From NCBI GenBank assembly GCA_963924565.1, contig OZ004613.1, forward strand, positions 9,610,001 to 9,674,000: a stretch of DNA of 64,000 bases. Direction: 5' to 3'. A program made the position numbers and the translations under genes. The notes beneath the pieces were generated by a model. The model was not told the origin of the DNA, did no database searches, and saw only the letters and a program-made list of their open reading frames with translations. This document shows positions 23,996-34,753 of the stretch, piece after piece. Within the stretch, counting starts at the first letter, position 1. Each line of letters starts with the position of its first letter. The stretch comes from Ascidiella aspersa. Lineage: Eukaryota.

Positions 23996-26401
23996 CTTCA
24001 GTTGACACGCGCAAAAATTAGCTAGAACAACTAAGAAGCAAAGCAATTAATCATTAAAATTGTATAACTAAATAGTGCTTGGCTTACTCCTGATTATATG
24101 AGAAAAGTCTATTCACTAACATATTGTTGTTTAAATTTAAACAGTTCATTGATACACTAATTGGTTTGATATATTCACATAATGTGCTACATTTGTCAAA
24201 TTTTAAAAGAAATATTCATAAAACTATAAAAAACTTTACACAAATTATTCTAATGTTCAATAAATATCAAGCTTTTCATACCCTTAAAACATCGAAAAAG
24301 TTTTTCTGCATGTACAAACAAAGCTATAACCAACTGTGCATATTTCACTGAACAGTCTTTCTAAGTTGCCCCTTACAATCTCGTTTCTCCTAAATAAACC
24401 AACCATTATTAATGAGGGGAGGGTAGCTGGAAAACGCCACAGGAACTGCCCTAGGCGTATAAGCGCACAAAAACTAGGTTAGTGACTCGCAAAATGATTG
24501 GACATTTCTGATGCACGCAAGCTCTAACGTTTCGGAACACACCGTTGCATAAAATAATCAATAACATGGCACACGGAAATGCTGAGTTGTGGCCGTCGGG
24601 CATATGGTTCAATTAAAAAAGAAAAAAAATCATAACACTCATTTACAGCGTTAAGACGTCGGACCATTTCCATTTTTCCAGAGTAAAAACATAGACAGAA
24701 TGCAATCTTAAGAGGAACTGACTGAGAAACTATTTTTTTTCTTCTTTTAAACGATTAATATATACATAACACAACTAATTAAATCATTTAACTGGTCCAA
24801 AAAATCCTAAAATTGTCTAAGATCTCTTCTAAATTGATTTACACCGCAATAACCTTAATAACTTCCGCATATTTTACCAATTATATTCGATTATGATAAA
24901 CGTCACACGTCATACTAGTTTATCGATAACACAAAATTTGAAATTTAAAGGTTTATGATAGAGGTCAAACAAATTACGCAATACGCATACCGGTGCTACC
25001 CTAACAAGCACGTGGTTATTTGTTACAAGGCAGAACCACACCCCTAATTGCTAAAGCCGCGCCCACAAAAAAAACAAAATTAAACAAACAGAATGTATCA
25101 AACGTTAAAATATCACAATCTGTAATGCTAAACAAACGTCATTAAGGGAATAACGATAGCGCTAACGCTTTATTTAAACAGCTGTAAAACTTACAACTGT
25201 TGATCATTCAACAAAGACACGCGCCAAGTAGTCCAACCACATGATTTTGTTTGTGATGGCCGCGAAACGAGCTTCCCGCTTTTGTACACAAAGTTTTATT
25301 TGGGCCTGCTCTTGCAGCTCTTGCCTGCTACCGTGCGGAAATACTAAGGACTTGAAAACTTGGACAAGTCGGTATCGAATTGTTTATTTTTAAACTTTAA
25401 TGTAGTTATTATATAAATTTGAAAATGTACAACTTTTCTGGAATAATAGCTGAAGAATTAAATATAAAAGGGTGATTATTTTCTAAAATCCCATTTCGTC
25501 TGCGTTACTTTTAAAGGTTTGGTTTTATTTTGTTGGTTCAGGTTCAGAATAAAACTTTTCAAAAAAGACATTACAAAAAATAGGTACCGGTAGGCCTAGA
25601 CTTCAATATCGTGCGGCTTTCGGTCAAACTGGACATATATGAAACTAAATTAGAGTCTAAATACGTTCCAAGAGTTAAAGAGAAAGCGTCAAAGTGTAGT
25701 TTTTTTTATCTCGTTACTTTAACAATAACTAAGATTGTATTTGGACCTGCATGGAAGCTAGAACTAATACATATAGCCTACTGTACCGTACGTCCAGTAA
25801 AATAAACCGTGCCTTAAAGTTTCTTTTTCTTCAATCTTCGGGCCGTAGGTATTTTAAAATAGGTTTTTCAGCGCAAAGAAATTTGATTTAAAAATAATTT
25901 AGCCGTCAACCGTCACCTGAAACACGCAAGTTAGTGCTGCGTTATACATCACACTCAATTGCACTTAAGTTAGTAGTAATACATTTAATACCGTTGATGG
26001 ATTTACGTTTTTCGAGGAAATTGACTTCGACTAAATTTGTGACTTTTGATTTTTTCAATAAATATCCATTAGGCTACATAGGGTTTTTAACATTTTAAAA
26101 CTACTGTTTAAATAAATCAATGAAGGTGCAATGGAAATGTGTCGTTCGGGGGACATTAATTTGGAGCATTTGTGCATTAGGTGGACGCAATTATTGAAAA
26201 GCCAAGCCAATTACAACATACCGCTACATAAATTAACTATTAACGCTTTCTAAAAATATGCGGTCCCATATAAACTACAATTCAACAAAAAAATTAGTGT
26301 ACGGTAACTTAAACTTAAATAGGGAGATTTAAAAAGTAACCTTCTGTTTTCTGTCAAACTATGACGCGCAAAAGAGTTAAAATCGAAATTTACATCGGAA
26401 G

Positions 26402-26810
26402 TGTGACGAAATTTACATCGGGGAGACGGGTAGAAGTTTAAATACTCGCCGGAAGGAGAACGAAAGGGATATGGGCAAAAAGGATGCCAACAAATCAGCG
26501 TTGGCAAGCCATGCATTTACCCGCAAGCACAGCATTAACTTTTCTGCTGCTTAGGTGTTGACGAAGGAAACTGATTATCACAAGCGAGGTTTTCTTGAGT
26601 CGTGGAACATCCATTCACGCGCCAGCACCATGAACGTAAAAACTGACGTTCTAATGCCGAGAAGCTGTTGCACGCTCTTGCACCAATGAGCGGTGGTGCG
26701 AGTTTGTAATCGCACGAATTGTTACTTGTCGATTTATAAGGAATCTTGTTTTACATGATACGTCAGTTTCCTGATGAAAACGTTCTGTATAGCACGTCGA
26801 AACGTCGATC
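26402..26810 (+). mobile_element. Penelope-like retroelement 3' fragment: GIY-YIG endonuclease remnant plus hammerhead ribozyme
   Basis: 26402-26689 reads CDEIYIGETGRSLNTRRKENERDMGKKDANKSALASHAFTRKHSINFSAA*VLTKETDYHKRGFLESWNIHSRASTMN, with YIGETGR, SAL..H and KR..LESW.I..MN motifs and one internal stop. It is followed by CTGATGA (26771)...stem II...GAAACGTC (26799-26806). Confidence 0.88.
26767..26810 (+). ncRNA. Minimal type I hammerhead ribozyme (degenerate stem II)
   Basis: CTGATGA-a-aacgttct gtat agcacgtc-GAAA-CG-TC, with the palindromic ACGT stem III typical of Penelope hammerheads. Stem II has two mismatches. Confidence 0.7.
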
Positions 26811-27822
26811 TATTATACAATACTGCTGGAAGAGCAGCACTCCATTATATATTATGCCTGGCAGCAATAGCTTATTTGTTGCATAGTTTATTAGGTAAAG
26901 TTCTGATATTTTAGGACCAACTACACCGCCTCCAAATCAAAATCATAGGTTGCCACAAATGGTGGTTTAGTTACAATTGTACAAAAAGTCGCCGATTCTT
27001 AATTTTATTAAAAAATCAGCATCATTAAACGCCAGTGTTATCAAAAAAATTGAACCCGTTCTGCTTCCATCTCGTCTTAAAAATTAAACCAGTCTCTTGG
27101 TAGACTTTGATTTTTTTTTAATAGGGAAGTCTGATAATATTGGATCGCACATCGGGGCGATAGGCGATGCCAAAGGGTAGTATCCGTAGCGGTCAAATTA
27201 ATGCAAAAATTTCATTCATGATTGACGATGCAACGCAATGATATCGAACTTGATTAACAATGGCGGTCACTTATTATTAAACTTCCTTTAAGCTAAAGTG
27301 CTAAGTTTGGCCTAATAACTAAAATAAAAATACTCTCAAACATTTCAATTCCATCTATTTAACTTCATTTACCGTACTTATAATTGCATGTATTTCTAAT
27401 ACATAGGACAACAGGAATAATATTTGTGGGTAAACAGGTGATTTTCCGGCACCAATTTAGCAAAGATTAAGTTTAATTACACTCAATGAAAAACTAAAAC
27501 ATCGTTCACACTCATTAATCCAGATAAATGCATCAGTGTGCCTTTATTTGTTGTGGGGTCATTAAGTGAACAAATATTTTCAAGCTCTGATAATTAAATT
27601 GCAATTTTATAGTTTTTCTCCCATGGCGTTGGTATATAATGTGGATCGCATTCAATGTTCCTACATCCCTAGTGCTAACGATGCAAGAACCAGTTTTAAA
27701 GTTGATGTATTTACTTCAAGATGTATACTGGGAATTGCATTTTTTCACTACGTACCATGGTGGTTTATTCGACACAGCCGCCACTGCGGACAAAAAAAAA
27801 CACGCTTGTGCATTGTTTTCAG

Positions 27823-28601
27823 CAGCGCTTCTCAACCGGTGCGCCGCGAGCAAAAGAAAAAAATTAATTTAACGAAAAACAAGTATTTCTACTTTCCTAT
27901 TAAGCTTATCTCATTGATTCCACACAGTACTTTCAAGTAGACAACACAATAAGACCTACCAAGCAACAATATATAAATAAGATAATAAGCTATATTCTAT
28001 AATACCAGAGAGTACTAAGACCACCGATATAATAATGCCGAATTCGCAGTAATGACCACGACAGAATAAGATCTAAAATAGTCTATATAAGACCTAAATA
28101 TGTCCAAAATTATACGGAATAAGAAAATAATCGGAATGGACAAAATTACGCCCAAGATTGTAGAGAAAGGGTATGGGATGATTAGGGGACACCTGTTTGG
28201 CATTGGCGCCGGATTTTTTGCCACTGTTTGCGCTTATGGGCGGGTAGTTTTGGTGGTGTTAGAAAGTGGGTTAGGGTTCAAAATATTCGGGGAGTTAGTG
28301 ATAGTTATGGATGGCTAAGGTTGTATCTGGCCTTATTTTGTCCATTTAGGTCTGATTCCGATTTCGTCATTATTACAACTATTATGTATTAGTCCTCATT
28401 TACGCCTTATTCCTAACTGTCTTTTATTCCGAAGTTAATGTTGTTCTTATTTTGGTGTCAAGGCTGGAGTCTCTTTAAAGATATGCAACTATAAATCCTA
28501 TATAATAAAAAAATACGCGCTCGCTTCGCTCGTAAAGTGCGCCGCCACGTTTTCAAATGCCTCTAGGTGCGACCCCAAGTAAAAAAGGTTAGGAAACACT
28601 G
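27823..28601. mobile_element. hAT-type MITE with a nested palindromic insert
   Basis: Degenerate TIR cagcgcttctcaacc / ggttaggaaacactg; TSD gttttcag / gtttacag. The interior has aataag repeats on the left mirrored by cttatt repeats on the right. Confidence 0.65.
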
Positions 28602-29237
28602 GTTTACAGGGTATAGCTTTTCTAGTTTGTTGGACTGGCGCTTGCCTGAAAATCCTTAATTGATAGACAGATCGGGTTGGTCTATTAAAGGCTCCCGGTG
28701 TATTATTTGGTAAAAGGGTTATCCTGGGTACTATAGGCTACACTGCATAAGGCCATAAAGACAGAGCGATTTCACATGAATCAGCGACGGCTTAAACGTA
28801 TATATGGCGTCCACAAATATGACATGCACTAATCTGGCCAATATTGTATACCTTTGGTCAGTTGTGTACCTCAGATTTGAATCTGGTATAGCGTATAGGC
28901 CTACAGTTGGGTATACGGTGTACTACGTTTTAAAGGTTTAGTTTATTACGTCAGGTAACGACATAGCTTTGGGATATAATTTCTAGGCCCCTGTGTACGA
29001 ACCTCGAAAATCACCTCGAAATCAAAATCCCAGGTTGACACGAATGGTGGTTTACTTACTCGAAACAAAGTCGCCGATTATTATTAATTTTACTAAAAAA
29101 GCAGCATTATAAAACGTTATCGTGATCACAAATTGCAACAGTTGTGCAGTCATATTTTTTTAGTTTAGTTTTTCTGCTTCCAACCGTCTCGTCTTAAAAA
29201 TGAAATCAGTCTCGTGGTAGACTTCATTTACCTTGAA

Positions 29238-29953
29238 TAGGGATGATGTCCGATAATAATATTGGATCATCGGGGCTGATGCGCGATACCCACAGGTAGT
29301 ATCGGTACCGATCCGATACCAAACTGAAACAGGTATTTTATTCATGATTGGCGACCCAACGCAATGATATCCAACTTGATTAACAATGGCTGTTTGTTAT
29401 TAAACCTCCTTGAAGCTAAAGCGAATTTTAGCCCAATAACCGAAAAAAATACTGTTAAACATTTCCATTCCCTTTATTTTACTTCATTTACCAAACTTAT
29501 GACGTCCTGTATTGCATGTATCCATACGACAACAAGAATGATATTTGTCGGTAAACCGAACATTTTTCGGCTGCACTTTAGCAAACATTAAAACAAAAAG
29601 TTTAATTACACTCAATAAAAATCTGAAACGTCGTTCACACTCCTCAATCGAGATAAATGCAGTGCATTATTTTTTGCGGTAAAATTGTGTGAACCAATAT
29701 TTTCAAGCTCTGATAAAATTAAATTGTAATTTCACAGATTTTCCCATGTCGTGTGTATAGCCTGCAATGTGAATCGCATTCAATGTTTGTATTAAAGTTA
29801 CAAAAGATATACAAAAAAGTCTAGGTGACTTAATAATATATAAATATGGTACATCTTTTTAAAACACCCCTAGAATCGGGTGGTGTACCCATTTCACCCA
29901 CTGGCGTCCGTTATCGGCTCCGATCCGATATTACTATCGGACATCAATCCCTA
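29238..29953. mobile_element. TAGGG-ended MITE with ccgata/tatcgg subterminal repeats
   Basis: TIR tagggatgatgtccgata / tatcggacatcaatcccta. A deleted duplicate lies at about 27122-27672 and a fragment at about 15975-16078. Confidence 0.75.
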
Positions 29954-30149
29954 GTGCTAACGATGCAAGAACCAGTTTGTGCCCAGTTTTAAAGTCGATG
30001 TATTTATTTCAAGACGCATACTGGGCACTAGTCCTTTTCACTATACCATGGTATCGAACACAGCCGCCACAGCGGACAAATCTCAGAAAACACACGCTCG
30101 AGCATTGTTTATTTTATTTTTATTTTTGTCATTCAGATTGGTATCGTTA

Positions 30150-33100
30150 AGCGTTCGTTAAGCGTTCTTGATGAGATGCAGCAAAACTTCGTCGTTCTAA
30201 ACATCGTCGTTTCTAAATGCAAAGTATTTGTTAAACTTGTATAAACTGTAATACCCGAAAGCCACTTACTTTTTTCGCTGAAATACATACCGTTCCATCT
30301 TAATTCGGGAATCACCAATAACAATTACCAGCCTTTACAAAAATAAAGCCAATCTTAAAAATGAACTACTTTTCCTACACTCTGTAAAAACAATATTAAC
30401 CTGCATGGAAAACATTTGTTAAGTACCTGTAACGAAAAGTAAAGTTTGTAATGCTGGTACCAGAACCTTATGTCATCGGCTTTCTGGAAACCTGACTTAC
30501 AATAAACAACTGGCACCTTTCCTCGTTTTGCGACTGACAAACAATAAAAGACAGGCCAGGAAAAACTTACCCTCTGTCAAGCCAAACATCAAAACTGTGC
30601 ATAGCACAATTGAAAGCTAAAAAAATGTAAATCGCATAATCACCTTGAGTAGGATCCATGAACACACGAGTTGTCCTTTCCGCTTGGAAGATGCTTTAAT
30701 CCTTCCTGGCGCCTACATCTGCATTTAAAATCGTTTATTGTAAAGCACGGTGCAGTTATCAAAGTTTGGCATACGGTATTACCGTTTTAACAATAAATTT
30801 AATGAGAGTTTATTGATAAATTTACTGCTCTTTGTAGACTCAATCCTCTCAATTTTACACAATTACGCAAAACAAGTATAACTCTGTCAGCAAATCGTAT
30901 ACCAGCTGTTTCCACGCCGAGGATTTCAGAAGCAGCAGCAGAAGGTGGAGATCCATTTGGTGGCGGTAAAGAACCGGGCCGTCTTTCTGCAAAACATCGT
31001 AGTTTGACATATGTGTGCTTTTGGTTTAATACAGCATAACTTACTCACTTAATATCAAGGTTTTCTTTTCTTCTTTCTTGCGTCTTTTATCTCTTTGCTT
31101 CGGTTGTTGAGTGGCGTCTTGGCTTGGCTTCTTCCCTAATTGTTTACTTTAGGCGCAAATTTATCTTTTATGTACGCTCAGGCGTATACAGGCGAACGCA
31201 CGACGAAAGGAAGACACAAAATGAACCCACCTTTTTTCCGGAATTGGACGTCATCGTCTCATCAGGACAAACACACATACATGTTTTACTTTTGGTTCAG
31301 GCTAAAATCGGTCTATTAAATCAATATTTTAACTTAAACAAATTATCTAATACACTAGTTATGGTTAGTTTGAGGTTAAATTATTAAACCTCTAAAAAGT
31401 AAAAGTTACAAAAACTTCGCATATTTCTAATTGGGTGATTTGTGAAACCTGAACCGAAAATAAAAGCAAACTTATAAATAGTTAAACAATAAATGGCTGT
31501 AGCGCAGTGGCGACTTTCTACTAAAATAGGCCTATTAAAATTAAGCAATTTTATAAAAAAATGCCATTTTGAAGAAATAGCATTATCCCCAAATCAAGAC
31601 TTAAGAAAAAAAATTGACGATACTATGCGGTTGTCAACTTCGATTGAGTGGTTAATACAATAAAAACACACACACAAACTCAAACACAATAAAGGGTCGC
31701 TTACGCTTATGAACGTTCGATTTGCGCGAGTTATGAAACGCACAACGGCCGTTACATTACCACCACGAAAGCCTATCCTACAATTACAAACAAAACCGTT
31801 ACAAAATCCGTCGACTTTGACGTGCCGAATACGTCATGCGAGCGAAAGCGGGGGTCAAGCGGTGACGTAACGAATAACGTCATATTACACAAAACCCGAA
31901 AAAGCGCGAAAAAGACCACCAAAAGTTTTGGCAGCAAAGAAGCAAGCGAATTGCTTGCGAAAAAATGTTGCACCGTGTTTTTTAAGACTACGGGCTTAAA
32001 AAAAAACAAAAACCACACAATCGAAGTTGACCATGAAACGCGCTACAGCCACTAGCGTTATTTTACGTCACTTGGTATTATATGCAGATTGTAGGCGAGA
32101 AGTCAATCGTGATGCGGTAGAGGACGAAGAAGGAACGGTGCGATGGAGTTGATGAGGTTTCTGAAGGAAAGTGCGGCTTTCAATGTTTATCAGCGCAAAA
32201 ATTTCAAACAAACTTATCTGGAAAGTTGTTTGCTTTAAAATGGCAAACAATTATAACGGCCCAATATTTAATAAAAAATTGCAAATATATCGAGCATATG
32301 TATTTATTTAGAATAACACTTTCTAGAAATAAAATACCTTCTTCAATGTTGGGCCGCCGTAAATTGGAGGGTCCGGATTGCTGCGATTGAGTTTCTTCCG
32401 ATCCTCGTTGTTGACAAATTCCACGCCTAAAAAGGCAGGAAAAAAATTAAAAAAGTGGACAAAAATCAACAAGGCCATTTTCATCAAAATTGGCTGAATA
32501 TGTAAAATTGATTCCAATATTTGTCACTTGTTACTTGGGAATTAAAAGTAAGTAAAAAAAACGTATAGTTTATTTGCCATATTTTGTTTAGCATAGGGTT
32601 AATAAAAAAATCTAATAACTACTAAATAAATGAAAAGTAGCTTAAACTTTTGCTCATAAGCATACCGAATGGTTGAAATCCACTTTGAGTTGTTCATTCA
32701 CTTTGATTCGTCTTCCACGGTCTTCTCCGGATTCCTGCTTCGTTTTCTTCTGATTCCTTCTTCCTATAATAGAAATTATAAATTTTTGAAGCGCCAAGAT
32801 TTTCGTAGCTGTTTTTAAAGTTAAATTGCTGTACAAGCGTACAAGTCACTTTACAGAATTTATTGCAAATAAAAAGACGGTTTGGAAAGATGTTAATGTT
32901 AACAGGCGCGATTAACTTTCGTTGTCCCGTTTAGAAATTCATTAAATATTTGCAAAACAGGGCAAAATATTTTAACAGCAAGATATTTGTAATTTACAGG
33001 ATTATTAAAAAAGATTCATTTAGTAAGCGAAATGAGATGCTACGAAATTAAACCGATTACAGATTTTGTCTATCTTTAGCTGGTTGTATTTTTAACACGT

Positions 33101-34502
33101 ATAAAAATTGTCAATTTTGACTGATTTTAATATTTCTTACCCCATCGTAAACCGGATCTTGTTAGACTTCAATCTTCAACCTGGAGGCCTTCCTTACTCC
33201 CTCGACGAATCTTCTATAAAATAAAATACGTTCAGATGTGCTGTCGAAATATTCCACCGAGAGTAGCAGAGGTGATATTACACGCAAATAATAAATTGTA
33301 AATTTGCGCACAAATGTTAGGAGGGCCTCGCAGCCCACCAAAAGAAGTAAACTAAAACTGTATCTTTGTAAATGAGAAAACCTGTGTTTTCGCTGGTCTA
33401 AGCAATAAATAACAATTTAGTTGTTTCGTAAATAAACTCAACTAAATATGAAATACTAAAAGGCCTAAATGACAGTACAGTTATAGTTCTACTATAACAA
33501 TTTTCTAATTGTGCAACATCGTGATATTTTAAACTATAAGGCATTTATCTAAACGCAACTAGTCGTTTTCTCTCTAAATCAAAAGTTTTGAATTCACGCT
33601 TTCCTTAGAGCTGAATGATTTCACATTTTACCTCAGAAAGCGTTTGTGGCCAATCAAGGTACATTCCAAGGCGCTTCACAGGTAACCGGCCTAAAGTGAA
33701 GTTCGATAATAGTTGCTCTATTTTTTATTATTTAGATTTTTTATATTTAATGTTTTTATTTAAAACGCCGCTAAATTCCTAGAGTTTTATTGGCATATTG
33801 TTTGGAAAATAGGTTTTTGGAAAATACATATTGTTTTGGAAAACGCTTAAAATATATTTTTCTTTATAGCCTTTCAATTTACCGCATTTGTTCCATATTT
33901 AATTACTGTTTTCGTTCAAGAACTATGTGAACACGTTTTTAATATCAGAACGAAGTCATTTTCAAAGCCACCGCTAGATGACATAAACAGCTGTGAAACG
34001 CGCAAAGTAACAAAATTCAATTAAATAAACATACCAAAAAAAACTGCTTTTTTAACAGTTGAAGATGGTATAGACCAGTAAAAGAGGACAACGGTCTATC
34101 CAGGATTTTGATTTGGGGTGTTAAATGTTTAAATTTGATGCCACATGTTAAGTCATTTAACGTAAATCCATAATTCTAGTAATATTAGAAAATGTGATGT
34201 TCTCAACAAACTGACATGTAGCCAAGGTGAAATTAAACGCGGCACGAAGGTATGTTGGTTGAATTTGCAAAACTTGACAAGGGTTTAGTGTTCGACACTC
34301 GAAGTGGACAAAAATATACCATTTTCTCGATAAATGGGAGTTCCGTTAACTCCACAGGTGCACGAAAACCACGTACAGATCAAACGACGGGCAAAGAAGC
34401 AAACGTTCCGTTGATCTTGTTTAGAAGATTGAATATAGGTTCTACTCACGCAATCGCCATATTACATACACGTTATAGATTTAACGGCAAATGTACCAAC
34501 AA
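30150..34502 (-). ncRNA. Putative multi-exon transcript without a long ORF (lncRNA, decayed gene or orphan gene)
   Basis: Series of short, mostly purine-rich blocks bounded by pyrimidine-AG and GT donors: 34502-34451, 33690-33632, 33213-33141, 32763-32666, 32426-32338, 32160-32072, ~31301-31231, 31135-31049, 30986-30903, ~30718-30571, 30491-30427, 30353-30291, and an acceptor at 30213. No continuous reading frame. Confidence 0.5.
31494..32051. mobile_element. Inverted-repeat element (MITE-like) with an interrupted left arm
   Basis: tggctgtagcgc (31494-31505) pairs with 32040-32051; 31633-31653 pairs with 32011-32031 (20/21). Confidence 0.6.
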
Positions 34503-34605
34503 CTAGATAAATTTTGCAGAAATTGTAGTGGTAGCGAGTATGAGCTCATACTGTGCTACGCCATGGAAACGTATAGTATATATGAAAACAGACTATGATC
34601 CATAC

Positions 34606-34753
34606 CAGTGCTCCGACCGGTGTGCCGTAAAAATTTCGAAGCTTTCGTCGCATAAAGTCATAAATCGCTCCTATTTTTCTTTGCTGCCTAGGATATTTGC
34701 TGCTGTTAGATCTGTTGGTGTGACGCAAGTGGAAAAAAGATTGCGGAGCACTG
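34606..34753. mobile_element. Short hAT-like MITE
   Basis: TIR cagtgctccg / cggagcactg; TSD degenerate. Confidence 0.6.

Larger units (their letters stand above)
26934..30110 (+). repeat. Diverged local direct duplication (26934-27818 and 29019-30110)
   Basis: Colinear similarity covers the TAGGG MITE and both flanks, e.g. aaagtcgccgatt, tctcgtcttaaaaat, gtgctaacgatgcaagaaccagttt, cacagccgccac.gcggacaaa. Confidence 0.85.

Noticed and set aside
31170-31280. C/D snoRNA or hammerhead (minus strand CTGATGA...CTGA)
   Set aside because: Box C lacks the leading purine, no rRNA guide was recognised, no GAAA follows the small stem, and the region overlaps a predicted exon and donor.
31049-33690. Selenoprotein or TGA read-through: one spliced frame has five TGA stops and no TAA/TAG until the end
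   Set aside because: TGA is also common in the other frames of these purine-rich exons, the peptide has no redox motif, and no SECIS was identified.
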